Shown here one piece after another: positions 41,618 through 52,059 of a stretch of 64,000 nucleotides of DNA. The notes below the pieces were generated by a model. The model saw only the letters and a list, made by a program, of their open reading frames with translations, ran no database searches and had not been told where the DNA came from. Both the position numbers and the translations under genes were made by a program. The first letter of the stretch is position 1, and every line of letters begins with the position of its first letter. The DNA is from an uncultured delta proteobacterium (GTDB lineage: Bacteria > Myxococcota_A > UBA9160 > SZUA-336). The stretch is taken from positions 64,001 to 128,000 of the forward strand of contig CAVPHD010000001.1 of the NCBI GenBank assembly GCA_963704165.1, in the 5' to 3' direction.

Positions 41618-41765
41618 ATCGACGTTGTCCTTGATTCCCGATCGCGATGTCGGGATGTGTGTCGAATTAGTAACAGGTCGCTTAGTGCCCGGTCAAGCAG
41701 AGCTTTTTTGCACTTGCCTGCACTTTCTCTTGCATCCCCGGCGATCGAGAGCGCCGGCCCGGGGC

Positions 41766-42290
41766 TCAGCTGACGGCCGTCAGTGCGGCGAGCACAGCCT
41801 CCACGATCGAATCCGCCTTCGCCTGCATCTCGGCGTCGGTCGCGTCCTGGATCGGGTGAGGCACGAAGACTCGCTCGACCTCGGGAAGACCGAGCGCGAC
41901 CGCCTGGCTTTCGGCGGCGTCCTCGAAGACGCTCGAGGCGATGAAGACCGATGGCTTGCCCTGGATTTCGAACCAGACCGTGTCGTGCACACTGCACGTC
42001 GTACAGGACCCTCAATCGGCGAGAGCTTCGATCACGAAGCCGCACTCCTCGGCGATCTGGCGGCGCAGGTCGAGCGGCGCGGGCTTGGTGAAGGTCGGCT
42101 TCCGATAGCGCCGGAAGCTGACCCCCGGAAGCCGCTCGCGAAGACGCTGCTCGAGACGCTCGAGCAGCACGTCTCCGCGGGGCTTGATGATGTCGAGAAG
42201 GCCAATGGTGCCGGAGAGCTTCGCGGGGCGACGGGCGAGCGCGCGCCGGACGGGCCTGCGCTCATCGGTGGGATCGAGGATCGTCGTCAT
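41766..42290 (-). CDS. UGSC-family selenoprotein (Sec at UGA 42012-42014)
   Basis: ORFs 42012..42290 and 41766..41990 are in frame across one TGA; read-through gives ALAD-U-GSCTTCSVHD; DI.KPRG and HPIQ motifs; hairpin after the UGA. Confidence 0.85.
41976..42011 (-). promoter_or_regulatory. Putative bacterial SECIS hairpin
   Basis: Minus strand: CGTGCA-GTG-TGCACG stem, loop starting with G 19 nt after the UGA, extended by TGT/ACA. Confidence 0.6.
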
Positions 42291-43869
42291 GGTTTCCCTC
42301 CGTCGTCGATCTTGCGGGTCGTCATGACCGAGCCGAGCGGCCCGGAGACCCAGCCCTGAAAGTAGGCGCCGAACTTGCCCGCCTCGCCACCGGCGACCAC
42401 GAGGGTGATCTCCGTCGCCGTGCGGAATTTCGGAATCCGCGTGTCAGCGCCGAGCTTCTCGACGATCTCGACGGGAAGACCCTCGGCGCACTCCGGCTCG
42501 CGGGCGAGTTCGCGCAGCGGACGCGCGCTGACCTCCTGAATGCGTGCGCGCAGCTGATCCTTCGTGAAGCCGTCGCGCGCGAAGGTGTCGACGTGCTCCG
42601 GCGGCACCACGACGACGATCTCGCCGTGCATGTAGTGCTTGGGATGGTTCGCTCGCCGCGAGCGACGAGGCCGTAGCTCGTCGGCGAGCGTACGCGCGTC
42701 GCGCGCGAGCTGGTCGATGAAGCCGGTCGGCCCGCCGCCGGCGAAGACCGTGACGGTGCTCTCGTGACGCGCGAAGCCGCGCTCGACGTGCAGCGGCTCC
42801 CAGGCGCTCCGCTCCTCGTTCTCCGCGAAGCAGAGCGTGAACTTGCCGGGCTGCCCGAGCGTCGCGCGATCGACCTCGCCGGGCCGCCCGCCGCCGACGT
42901 TGCGCACGACCAGCTGAAGGGCGCGGCCGATCGTGGCGTTCGCGCGGTTGCCCTGGCCCGAGGCAGTTGATCCCGGAGTTCATCCCGATCCGGTCGCGGA
43001 TCGGTCCGTTCACGATCAGCACCGGCGTCGGAAAGTACGTGGTCGCGAGCACCCCGTGCATGTTGAACTCGTCGGTGCAGATCGCCTCGACGGCGGCGAT
43101 CACGACCGGCAGGTACTCGGGCTTGCAGCCGGCCATCACCGCGTTGATCGCGATCTTCTCGACCGTCGCGGGTGCGTAGTTCGGCGGGACGTCGGCGACG
43201 ACGTCCTGCGCCGAACGGCGCGTGCCGCCGAGCATTCGCATGACACGCTCCGGTGTCGGCGGAACGACCGGCAGACCGTCGGCAGAGACCCTGGTCGAAG
43301 AGGAACTCGAACGGGTCGTCCGAGCTCCCGATCTCGATCCGGCGCGCGCGAAGCGGCGAGCCCGATCCCCGCGCCTCGAGCTGCGCGGCCAGATCGGGAT
43401 CGTTGGAGCGCGAGCCGCAGCCCGGTCGGAGCTCGGGAAGTCCGGACCAGTCGATCTCCGGAGCGGCGCGACCCGAGAGCCTCGAGAGCTCGGCGAAGAG
43501 CTCGACCCAGTCCGCCCGCGCAAATCCCTCGAATCGCGCGATCTCGCGGCCACGGGAATCGAGCAGAATCGTGGTCGGCACGGCGTCGATCGCGGCCTCG
43601 AACGAGACCGCGAGCGCCGAGTCATCGAGGACGGCGGCGCGAAGTCCGTGTTTCTCGCGGAACGCGCGGCCGCCGTCGTCGTCCTGCGAGACGATCGCGA
43701 CATCGACCTGCGCGCCGAACGTCGCGTGCGCGGAGTCGACGAGCGGGAGCGTCAGCTCACAGGTCGGACAGCCCGAGTGCGCGAACACCAGCAGCCTCGC
43801 ACGCGACGACGGCCACAGGTGCTCGCGGCCCTCGGTATCGAGCAAGCGGAACGCAGGGATCACCGCCAC
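42287..43869 (-). CDS. Redoxin (CxxC) domain fused to a UGSC-associated domain, several apparent frameshifts
   Basis: N-terminal thioredoxin-like CPTC...VPT; then DGLPVVPPT, KIAINAVMAGC.PEY, NRANATIGRA, AENEE...W.PLH, PEH recovered across shifts at ~43285, ~42958, ~42650-42685; stop overlaps the UGSC start. Confidence 0.75.
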
Positions 43870-43885
43870 GTCGGCAGTATACCGG

Positions 43886-44902
43886 TCAGCGGGCTCGCGC
43901 CTGCTTCGACGGCTTTGGCCCGCGCAGCTTCTCGAGCTGGTCGCGGAAGCGCTCGCACGGATCCTCGTCGTCGACGCGCGGCGTGAACCAGATCAGATCG
44001 AAGGACGCCGGCACCAGCTGCGAAGCCTGGCCTTCGAGGTCCGCCGTCTCGCCGCCCCCGCTCGGAGCCTCGACGAACCCGAGGACCAGGTGACTCCGCT
44101 TCGGAGCGCGCCGCCCGAGATAGATCGGTACGCCGCGGTCACCGCGCACGTGCCCGGCGCCCGCGACCAGCACGGCGCCGTCGGAGCCCGACGCGCCGAG
44201 AAGCGCGTCCGCGAGCACCGCATCCCTCGCGCGCTGCGTCGCGATCATCGCCTCGACCATCGCGTCGGGCGCCATTCCGCAGTGTGCCGAGCGCACCTCG
44301 TCGACGAGCGTCTGCCGCGCGGCCTCGGAAAGATCCGGCTCGAGCGCGAGCCGCTCGCGCTCTTCGACCGGAAGCGCGTCGAGCCCCCCGTGACGAAGGC
44401 GCGCGAGATCCGCGCGAGTGAGATCGCCCGGCAGGATCGCGAGACGCGCCGCGAGCGCAGATGCAAAAACCGGCCGGTAGAGCGCGAAGTCCGGCCACCC
44501 GCTCTGCGCCCAATCGAGCGCGGCGCCGAGCGCGTCGGGATCGTCGGGACGACCCGTGAGCGTAGCTTCGAGCGCACCTGCCCGATCGCGCGGAATCATC
44601 TCGAACACGACCGCGGGTCTTCGACCCGAGCGCACGAGTCCGTCGATCAGCCATGCCTCCAGCCGGTGGTGATCGGGGTTGTCGTGCTTCTCGCCGAGCA
44701 GGACGAAGTCGGCGCTCGCCGCTCGCTCGACGACGAGCGCGGGAGCGACGAAGCGACGTGCGGCGGTGTCGAAGACGCGCCCCGTCAGCGGATGCTCGCG
44801 ACCGAGGGGAGCGCTCCACTCGAGCCACGGCTCGGTTCGTACGGCGAGCGCGGGCGTGAGCCGCGCGCAGCCGATGGCCGTGCTCGCGGCGAGCATCACC
44901 AC
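43886..44902 (-). CDS. ChaN/PhuW-family lipoprotein (heme/cofactor-binding)
   Basis: AIGC lipobox; VLLGEKHDNPDHH, FEM, HCG, Q.ARD, AG.GHV. Confidence 0.85.
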   Translation of the reverse strand: MVMLAASTAIGCARLTPALAVRTEPWLEWSAPLGREHPLTGRVFDTAARRFVAPALVVERAASADFVLLGEKHDNPDHHRLEAWLIDGLVRSGRRPAVVFEMIPRDRAGALEATLTGRPDDPDALGAALDWAQSGWPDFALYRPVFASALAARLAILPGDLTRADLARLRHGGLDALPVEERERLALEPDLSEAARQTLVDEVRSAHCGMAPDAMVEAMIATQRARDAVLADALLGASGSDGAVLVAGAGHVRGDRGVPIYLGRRAPKRSHLVLGFVEAPSGGGETADLEGQASQLVPASFDLIWFTPRVDDEDPCERFRDQLEKLRGPKPSKQARAR

Positions 44903-45052
44903 GGCGGCGACGACGCGCGCGTTCAGGCGAGCCGCTTCTTCGAGTGAAGTCCGATGCGCGGCGGCAGCGCGCGGAGCATCGAGATCACGGTCTGGAGTTC
45001 GGCGCTGGCGATGTCGGCTCCTTCGCGATCGGCGAATCGGAAGTCTACTCCG

Positions 45053-45694
45053 TCAACCCGATTGCAGGTCCACACCCGCGAGCGCGAGCCCGATCCAGAC
45101 GAATCCGAGCCCGAGCGAGCACAGCGACGCTGCGAGGAAGACCGCGCGGTAGGCGCGTCCGCCCTCTTCGCGGGGCGCGAGCACACCGAGCAGCCAGGCG
45201 ACGCCCATCATGGAGACGACCGTTCCGACGCCGAAGCCCGCCAGATAGACCGCGGAATCGCCGAACGAGTGCATTCCCGCCGCCGGCAAGACCGCGAGGG
45301 TGCTTCCGGTTCCGACCAGGCCGTGCAGCGTGCCGATCGAGAGCGCAGCGGTTGCGTGAACGTGCACGCGCTCGGAGCCCGCCGAGCGCGAGAAGTGATC
45401 GACGGAGTGCTGCAGGTGCCAGAGCGCCCAGACGCCGACCGCCACAAGCACGCCGCCCACGAGGTAATCGCCGACACCCTCGAGCAGCGCGAGATCGAGC
45501 CAGTCGGTGGCCGAGACGACGAGCAGCGCGACCGCGATGATGCCGAGCGCGTGGCCCAGTCCCCAGCGCAGGCCGACCACCCACGCGCGCCGGTGCGCCT
45601 CGACCGAGAACGGAGCGAGCGCGGCGACGTGATCGGGCCCGAGCAGGACGTGCCCGAATCCCGCCGCGATGCCGGTGAAGAGGATGAGGATCAC
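45053..45694 (-). CDS. UreH/NiCoT-like membrane protein (putative Ni/Co transporter)
   Basis: GH...GPDH.AA, WGLGH, His patch HVH, GTLHGL.G, FG.GT..SM motifs; about 6 TM helices. Confidence 0.8.
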   Translation of the reverse strand: MILILFTGIAAGFGHVLLGPDHVAALAPFSVEAHRRAWVVGLRWGLGHALGIIAVALLVVSATDWLDLALLEGVGDYLVGGVLVAVGVWALWHLQHSVDHFSRSAGSERVHVHATAALSIGTLHGLVGTGSTLAVLPAAGMHSFGDSAVYLAGFGVGTVVSMMGVAWLLGVLAPREEGGRAYRAVFLAASLCSLGLGFVWIGLALAGVDLQSG

Positions 45695-46227
45695 GAGGCG
45701 GGTCGTGCGAGCGCGACCCGATACTCGGCCGCGAGCTCGACGTAGTGTCGATTCTGCTCGTCGAGCTCCGCTCGCTCCTCGTCGGAAACCAGCCGCACCA
45801 GGCGAGCGGGCCGGCCGAGCCAGAGCTCGCGCGACCCGACGCGCTTTCCCGGGGAGAGCAACGCTCCCGCGCCGAGCATCCCCTCGCTCGACACGACGGC
45901 CCCGTCGAGGATGACCGAGCCCATCCCGACGAACGCGCGATCCTCCAGCGTGCATGCGTGCACGATGCAGCCGTGGCCGATCGTGACCTCTACACCGATC
46001 AGGGTCGCGAACCCGGCGCGAGAGACGTGGATGATCGAACCGTCCTGGAGGTTCGTGCGCGCGCCGATGCGGACGCGCTGGACGTCCCCGCGGACCACGC
46101 AGCCGAACCAGACGCTCGCCTGCGCTCCGAGCTCGACGTCGCCGATCAGCGTCGCTCCCGGCGCGACGAACGCATCGGGAGCGAGCCGCGGCCAGGTGCC
46201 TCGATGAGGTAGGACCCGAGCTTCCAA
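45691..46227 (-). CDS. Gamma carbonic anhydrase family protein (YrdA/PaaY-like)
   Basis: Hexapeptide repeats with RGD, N.QD...H, GH...H, W.G.PA. Confidence 0.9.
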   Translation of the reverse strand: MEARVLPHRGTWPRLAPDAFVAPGATLIGDVELGAQASVWFGCVVRGDVQRVRIGARTNLQDGSIIHVSRAGFATLIGVEVTIGHGCIVHACTLEDRAFVGMGSVILDGAVVSSEGMLGAGALLSPGKRVGSRELWLGRPARLVRLVSDEERAELDEQNRHYVELAAEYRVALARPAS

Positions 46228-46301
46228 GGTGGGCGGATTCTAACGCTCGCGCGCGGCCTTAGAGGGTTGGCGAGGCGCCCGGATCCCGGCCCGGATCAAT
46301 C

Positions 46302-46329
46302 TTGACTTGGTTGTACAGTTTATTAGGCT
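46302..46329 (+). promoter_or_regulatory. Sigma70-type promoter of the Rrf2-suf operon, overlapping a possible Rrf2 operator
   Basis: TTGACT-N16-TAGGCT in an AT-rich patch just upstream of the Rrf2 ATG. Confidence 0.5.
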
Positions 46330-46338
46330 GCGGTCACG

Positions 46339-46812
46339 ATGCAGCTTCTCGCCCAGGAAGAGTACGGGCTGCGCTGCCTGGTCCAGGTGGCGCGCCAGCG
46401 TGGCTCGGATCCGCTGACGATCCCCGAGATCGCCTCGCGTGAGGGCATCTCCCCCGAGTACGCGGCCAAGCTGATGCGCGCGCTGCGCCAGACCGGGCTC
46501 GTGGTCAGCACGCGCGGTGCCGGCGGGGGCTATCACCTCGCGCGTCCGGCGCGCGAGATCACCGCCTGGCAGGTGATCGATGCGCTCGGCGGCTCGCTCT
46601 TCCCCGAGGAGTTCTGCGACTCCCACCCCGGACAGCTGCACGACTGCGTGCATTCGACCGGCTGCTCGCTTCGCGGACTCTGGAGCTCGGTCGAGAGCGC
46701 GATCCGCGAAATCCTGGAAGGCACGACCGTCGCCGATCTGGCTGGCGGCGATCGGGCACTGCACGCGATCGGCGCTCCCCCGCTTGCACCGAAGACGGAC
46801 CTGACGCGATGA
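46339..46812 (+). CDS. Rrf2-family transcriptional regulator (IscR/SufR-like)
   Basis: EEYGLR, wHTH with RG.GGGY.L; three C-terminal Cys; heads the suf operon. Confidence 0.9.
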   Translation: MQLLAQEEYGLRCLVQVARQRGSDPLTIPEIASREGISPEYAAKLMRALRQTGLVVSTRGAGGGYHLARPAREITAWQVIDALGGSLFPEEFCDSHPGQLHDCVHSTGCSLRGLWSSVESAIREILEGTTVADLAGGDRALHAIGAPPLAPKTDLTR

Positions 46813-48257
46813 GCGGCAATGCGGAGCTCGAAGCGCTCGCGAATCGCGAGTACCAGGCCGGCTTCACCACCGACGTCGAGTCCGAAACCGTCGCGCCGGG
46901 GCTAGATCCCGACGTGATCCGACGCATCTCGGAGAAGAAGGGCGAGCCACCCTGGCTGCTCGACTGGCGGCTGCGCGCCTTCGCCCGCTGGCTCGAGATG
47001 CGCGAGGAGGACGCGCGCTGGGCGAACGTCACGTTCCCGAAGATCGACTACCAGGCGATCAGCTACTACTCCGCGCCCAAACCACGCAAGAAGCTCGGCA
47101 GCATGGACGAGGTCGATCCGGAGATCCGCGCGACTTTCGAGAAACTCGGAATTCCACTCAGTGAGCAGAAGATGCTCTCCGGCGTCGCGGTCGATGCGGT
47201 CTTCGACTCCGTCTCCGTTGCCACGACGTTCCGCTCGAAGCTCGCCGAACTCGGAATCATCTTCTGCTCGTTCTCGGACGCGGTGAAGAGTCACCCGGAT
47301 CTCGTTCGTAAGTATCTCGGGTCGGTCGTTCCGTACGCCGACAACTACTTCGCGACGCTGAACTCGGCGGTATTCACGGATGGATCGTTCGTCTACATCC
47401 CGCCCGGCGTCCGCTGCCCGATGGAGCTCTCGACCTACTTCCGGATCAACGAGGCGAAGACCGGCCAGTTCGAGCGGACGCTGATCGTCGCCGACGAGGG
47501 CGCCTACGTCTCGTACCTCGAGGGCTGTACCGCGCCGATGCGCGACGAGAACCAGCTGCACGCCGCCGTCGTCGAGCTCGTCGCGCTCGAGCGCGCGACG
47601 ATCAAGTACTCGACGGTGCAGAACTGGTATCCGGGTGACCGTGAGGGCCGCGGCGGCATCTACAACTTCGTCACCAAGCGCGGCGCATGCCGTGGAAGGC
47701 GCTCGAAGATCAGCTGGACGCAGGTCGAGACGGGATCCGCGATCACCTGGAAGTACCCGAGCTGCATCCTTCAGGGCGAGGAATCGGTCGGCGAGTTCTA
47801 TTCGGTTGCCGTGACGAATCACCGTCAGCAAGCCGACACCGGCACGAAGATGATCCACATCGGAAAGAACACGACGAGTACGATCGTCTCGAAGGGCATC
47901 TCGTGCGGCCGCGGCCAGCAGACCTACCGCGGCCTGGTCGAGGTCCACCAGAAGGCGAAGGGCGCGCGCAATCACTCGCAGTGCGACTCCCTGTTGATCG
48001 GCGACCGTTGCGGCGCGCACACCTTTCCCTATCTGGACGTCCGCAACGCGAGCGCGCGCGTCGAGCACGAGGCCACGACGAGCAAGATCAGCGAGGACCA
48101 GCTCTTCTACTGCCGGCAGCGGGGACTCGGAACCGAGGACGCCGTCTCGATGATCGTGAACGGCTTCTGCAAAGAGGTCTTCCGCGAGCTTCCGATGGAG
48201 TTCGCGGTCGAGGCCTCGAAGCTGCTCTCGGTCACGCTCGAAGGCGCGGTCGGCTAG
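46809..48257 (+). CDS. sufB: Fe-S cluster assembly protein SufB
   Basis: [49 protein letters not shown]. Confidence 0.97.
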   Translation: MSGNAELEALANREYQAGFTTDVESETVAPGLDPDVIRRISEKKGEPPWLLDWRLRAFARWLEMREEDARWANVTFPKIDYQAISYYSAPKPRKKLGSMDEVDPEIRATFEKLGIPLSEQKMLSGVAVDAVFDSVSVATTFRSKLAELGIIFCSFSDAVKSHPDLVRKYLGSVVPYADNYFATLNSAVFTDGSFVYIPPGVRCPMELSTYFRINEAKTGQFERTLIVADEGAYVSYLEGCTAPMRDENQLHAAVVELVALERATIKYSTVQNWYPGDREGRGGIYNFVTKRGACRGRRSKISWTQVETGSAITWKYPSCILQGEESVGEFYSVAVTNHRQQADTGTKMIHIGKNTTSTIVSKGISCGRGQQTYRGLVEVHQKAKGARNHSQCDSLLIGDRCGAHTFPYLDVRNASARVEHEATTSKISEDQLFYCRQRGLGTEDAVSMIVNGFCKEVFRELPMEFAVEASKLLSVTLEGAVG

Positions 48258-48270
48258 GCACGGAGGCTTC

Positions 48271-49035
48271 ATGCTCGAGATCCGGAATCTGCACGCCCGA
48301 GTCGCCGGAAAGGAGATCTTGAACGGTCTCGATCTGGTCGTACGCGCCGGCGAAGTCCACGCGATGATGGGCCCGAACGGATCGGGAAAGAGCACGCTCG
48401 CGAACGTGCTCGCGGGCCGTGAGGGCTACGAGGTCACGTCGGGAAGCGTGCTGTACCGAGGACGCGATCTGCTCGCGCTCTCGCCCGAAGAGCGCGCGCG
48501 CGAGGGCGTCTTTCTCGCGTTCCAGTACCCGGTCGAGATCCCCGGGGTGACCAACTCGTACTTCATGAAGGCCGCGACGAATGCGGTCCGCGTACATCGT
48601 GGTCTTCCCGAGCTCGATGCGATCGACTTCCTGACGCTCGTGAAGCAGACGATGAAGGCGCTCGAGATGGACGAGAAGTTCCTCTCGCGTTCGGTGAACG
48701 AGGGATTCTCCGGCGGCGAGAAGAAGCGAAACGAGATCCTCCAGATGCTTCTGCTCGAGCCGACGCTCGCCGTGCTCGACGAGACCGACTCCGGGCTCGA
48801 CATCGACGCGCTTCGGATCGTCGCCGACGGCGTGAACCGACTGCGCTCGAGAGAGCGCGCGGTGCTCGTGATCACGCACTACCAGCGGCTGCTCGACTAC
48901 CTCGTCCCCGACAAGACGCACGTGCTGATGGGCGGACGGATCGTGAAGTCGGGCGATCGCTCGCTGGCACTCGAGCTCGAGAAGCGCGGCTACGGCTGGA
49001 TCGAGGGCGAGCTCGCAAGGACCACGCCGACATGA
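48271..49035 (+). CDS. sufC: Fe-S cluster assembly ATPase SufC
   Basis: GPNGSGKST, FQYP.EIPG, GFSGGEKKR, LDETDSGLDID. Confidence 0.97.
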   Translation: MLEIRNLHARVAGKEILNGLDLVVRAGEVHAMMGPNGSGKSTLANVLAGREGYEVTSGSVLYRGRDLLALSPEERAREGVFLAFQYPVEIPGVTNSYFMKAATNAVRVHRGLPELDAIDFLTLVKQTMKALEMDEKFLSRSVNEGFSGGEKKRNEILQMLLLEPTLAVLDETDSGLDIDALRIVADGVNRLRSRERAVLVITHYQRLLDYLVPDKTHVLMGGRIVKSGDRSLALELEKRGYGWIEGELARTTPT

Positions 49036-50354
49036 GAGGCACGGCCGCCGAGCTCGCCTTCGCGCGCCACTTCGAGGCGCCGCGCGCAGAGCGCGAGGCG
49101 CGCGAGCCGGCCTGGCTCGGGCGATTCCGGGCCGAGGCATTCGGAGCATTCGAGGCGCAAGGGCTGCCGACGACCCGGCTCGAGGCCTGGCGCTTCACGT
49201 CGCTCGCCGATCTCGAGCCGCTCACGATCGGCGTCTCCGCGGATCGCGTCGCTTCGGAAACCGTGCTCGGACCCTCCTCGATCGAAGTCGGCCCTGCACA
49301 CCGGCTGGTGTTCGTGAACGGGCGGTATTCGTCGGCGCTCTCGGCGGTGTTCCCGGTCCCGGCGGGCTGCCGCGTCAGTCCGCTCTCGACGGTGCTGGCG
49401 ACCGATCCGGGCGCGGTCGAGCGCACGCTCGCGGACGCCGCGGACGCGAAGACGCGCCCGTTCGTGGCCCTGAACTCCGCGCTCTTCGACGACGGCGTCT
49501 TCGTCGAGCTGGCCGAAGGAGTGACGCTCGACCGGCCGGTGCATGCGATCTTCGTGCAGACCGGTGCGGGCGAGCCGATCGCCGCGCACGTGCGAACGCT
49601 GATCTCGGCAGCTGCGGGCAGCCGCGCGCTCGTCGTCGAGCACCACCACGGCGAAGCGCCCCGATCCGACGTGACGAACGCGGTGACGGAGATCCGCGTC
49701 GGCGAGGCGGCCACCGTCGATCACGTCGTCGTGCAGGAGCTACCCGACCGGAGCACGCTGTTCGCGGCCGTCATCTCGCGGCAAGACGCGGGGAGCCACC
49801 TCGGGCTGCACTCGCTCGCGCTAGGCGCTTCGCTCGCCCGCGTGGAGTTCGAGAGCCGGCTCGAAGGAGAAGGGGCGGAGCTCGACATGAACGGGCTCTA
49901 CCTCGGACGCGCGGCGCAACACATCGACCATCACACGACGATCGACCACGCCGTGGGGCGCACGACCAGCCGTGAGCTCTTCAAGGGCGTGCTCGACGAG
50001 CGCGCGCACGGAGTGTTCCACGGCCGGGTCCGCGTGCGGCCGGATGCCCAGAAGATCAGCGCCGATCAGACCAATCGCACGCTGCTCCTCTCCGATGCTG
50101 CGAAGATCAACAGCAAGCCGCAGCTCGAGATCCATGCCGACGACGTGAAATGCAGTCACGGCGCGACGATCGGCCAGCTCGACGATGCGCAGCTCTTCTA
50201 CCTGCGCGCGCGCGGCCTCGATCTGGAGGCAGCCCGCGCGCTGCTCACGGCCGCCTTCGCCAGCGAGGTGCTCGCGCGGCTGCCGTCGGAGACGCTGCGT
50301 ACGTCGGCCGAGAACGCGTTGCTCGCCTGGCTGCCGCGAGGCGGCACGTCGTGA
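49032..50354 (+). CDS. sufD: Fe-S cluster assembly protein SufD
   Basis: E.WRFT, KPQLEI.ADDVKCSHGATIG, LFYLRARG. Confidence 0.93.
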   Translation: MRGTAAELAFARHFEAPRAEREAREPAWLGRFRAEAFGAFEAQGLPTTRLEAWRFTSLADLEPLTIGVSADRVASETVLGPSSIEVGPAHRLVFVNGRYSSALSAVFPVPAGCRVSPLSTVLATDPGAVERTLADAADAKTRPFVALNSALFDDGVFVELAEGVTLDRPVHAIFVQTGAGEPIAAHVRTLISAAAGSRALVVEHHHGEAPRSDVTNAVTEIRVGEAATVDHVVVQELPDRSTLFAAVISRQDAGSHLGLHSLALGASLARVEFESRLEGEGAELDMNGLYLGRAAQHIDHHTTIDHAVGRTTSRELFKGVLDERAHGVFHGRVRVRPDAQKISADQTNRTLLLSDAAKINSKPQLEIHADDVKCSHGATIGQLDDAQLFYLRARGLDLEAARALLTAAFASEVLARLPSETLRTSAENALLAWLPRGGTS

Positions 50355-51604
50355 CGACCGCGGCGGAAACGTCCCCGACCCGTCGCACGCTCGACGTCGA
50401 AGCGCTGCGCAAGCAGTTTCCGATCCTCGCGCGGCAGGTGCACGGAAAGCCGCTCGTCTACCTGGACAGCGCGGCCTCGAGTCAGAAACCCGCGTGCGTG
50501 ATCGAGTCGATCGCCGACTACTACGGACGCTATCACTCGAACGTGCATCGGGGCGTGCACACGCTCTCCGAAGAGGCGACGAGCGCCTACGAGCGCGCGC
50601 GCGCAAAGGTGCAGCTCTTCCTTCGCGCGACCTCGCCACGCGAGATCGTCTTCGTGCGCGGAACGACCGAGGCGATCAACCTCGTCGCGCAGGCATGGGC
50701 GCGTCCGAGGCTCGTCCCGGGTGACGAGGTGCTCGTGACCGCACTCGAGCACCACTCGAATCTGGTGCCCTGGCAGATCGTCTGCGAACAAACGGGCGCG
50801 AAGCTCGTCGTCGCGCCAATCGACGAGCGCGGGGACGTGCCCCGCGAGGAGTACGTGCGGAAGTTGTCCAAGCGCACGCGCGTGGTCGCGCTCGCGCAGG
50901 TTTCGAACGCGCTCGGCACCGTCCTGCCGATCTCGGAGTTCTCGCGCCTCGCGAAACAGGTCGGAGCGACCGTGGTCGTCGACGGCGCCCAGGGTGTTCC
51001 GCACCTGCCCGTGGACGTCGGCGATCTCGGTTGCGACTTCTACGCGTTCTCGGGTCACAAGATGTACGCACCGACCGGGATCGGCGCCCTCTTCGGACGG
51101 CTCGATCTCCTCGACGAGATGGAGCCATGGCAGAGCGGCGGCTCGATGATCCGCAACGTGACGTTCGAGAAGACGACCTTCGCGCCTCCGCCCGAGCGTT
51201 TCGAGGCCGGCACTCCGAACATCGAGGGAGCGATCGGCCTCGGCGCCGCGATCGATTTCCTCGAACAGCTCGATCTCGAGGCCGTTCACGCGCACGAGGC
51301 GGATCTGGTCGAATACGCGAGCGCGAAGCTCGAGGCGATTCCGGGCGTTCGACTGATCGGCACCGCGCGCGACCGCGTGGGCCTCGTGTCGTTCGTCGTC
51401 GGAGACGTGCACGCTCACGACGTCGGCACGATCCTCGACGGCGAAGGCATCGCCGTGCGCGCGGGACACCACTGCGCACAGCCCGTGATGGATTACTTCG
51501 AGGTGCCCGCGACCGCGCGCGCCTCGTTCGCTGTCCACAACGGACGCGACGACGTCGACCGACTCGTTGCCGGCGTGCAGCGGGTGCTGGAGATCTTCGC
51601 CTGA
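50351..51604 (+). CDS. sufS: Cysteine desulfurase/selenocysteine lyase SufS
   Basis: YLDSAA, NVHRG, EHHSN, DGAQ, SGHK, RAGHHCA. Confidence 0.95.
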   Translation: MTTAAETSPTRRTLDVEALRKQFPILARQVHGKPLVYLDSAASSQKPACVIESIADYYGRYHSNVHRGVHTLSEEATSAYERARAKVQLFLRATSPREIVFVRGTTEAINLVAQAWARPRLVPGDEVLVTALEHHSNLVPWQIVCEQTGAKLVVAPIDERGDVPREEYVRKLSKRTRVVALAQVSNALGTVLPISEFSRLAKQVGATVVVDGAQGVPHLPVDVGDLGCDFYAFSGHKMYAPTGIGALFGRLDLLDEMEPWQSGGSMIRNVTFEKTTFAPPPERFEAGTPNIEGAIGLGAAIDFLEQLDLEAVHAHEADLVEYASAKLEAIPGVRLIGTARDRVGLVSFVVGDVHAHDVGTILDGEGIAVRAGHHCAQPVMDYFEVPATARASFAVHNGRDDVDRLVAGVQRVLEIFA

Positions 51605-52056
51605 TGTCGGACCTGCGCGACCTGTACCAGGAGGTCATCCTGGATCACACGAAGCACCCGCGGAACTTCGGGACGCTCGAGCGCGCGACGCATCGCGCCC
51701 AAGGGCACAACCCGCTGTGCGGCGATCAGCTCGCGCTCTTCGTCGAGGTCGAAGACGGGCGGCTGCGCGACGTTCGCTTCGCCGGCAAGGGCTGTGCGAT
51801 CTCGACGGCCTCGGCCTCCTTGTTGACCGAGGCCGTGAAGGGCAAGAGCACCGACGAAGCACACGAGCTTTTCGCGCGCTTCCACCGGGTGGTGACGACG
51901 CCCTCCGACGAGCCCGTGGACGTGTCCCTGCTCGGCAAGCTCGCGGTACTCGCGGGCGTGCGCGAGTTCCCGATGCGCGTGAAGTGCGCGAGTCTGGCGT
52001 GGCACACGCTCGAGGCGGCACTCGCCGGTCGAGCCGACCCGGTGACAACGGAGTAG
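51604..52056 (+). CDS. sufU: SUF system NifU-family scaffold/sulfur-transfer protein
   Basis: LYQEVILDH, NPLCGD, GCAIS.AS, RVKCA.L.W. Confidence 0.93.
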   Translation: MSDLRDLYQEVILDHTKHPRNFGTLERATHRAQGHNPLCGDQLALFVEVEDGRLRDVRFAGKGCAISTASASLLTEAVKGKSTDEAHELFARFHRVVTTPSDEPVDVSLLGKLAVLAGVREFPMRVKCASLAWHTLEAALAGRADPVTTE

Positions 52057-52059
52057 CAG

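Noticed and set aside
39494..41700. Genomic island integrated at tRNA-Asn
   Set aside because: No integrase, no duplicated tRNA 3' end seen, and no compositional shift downstream
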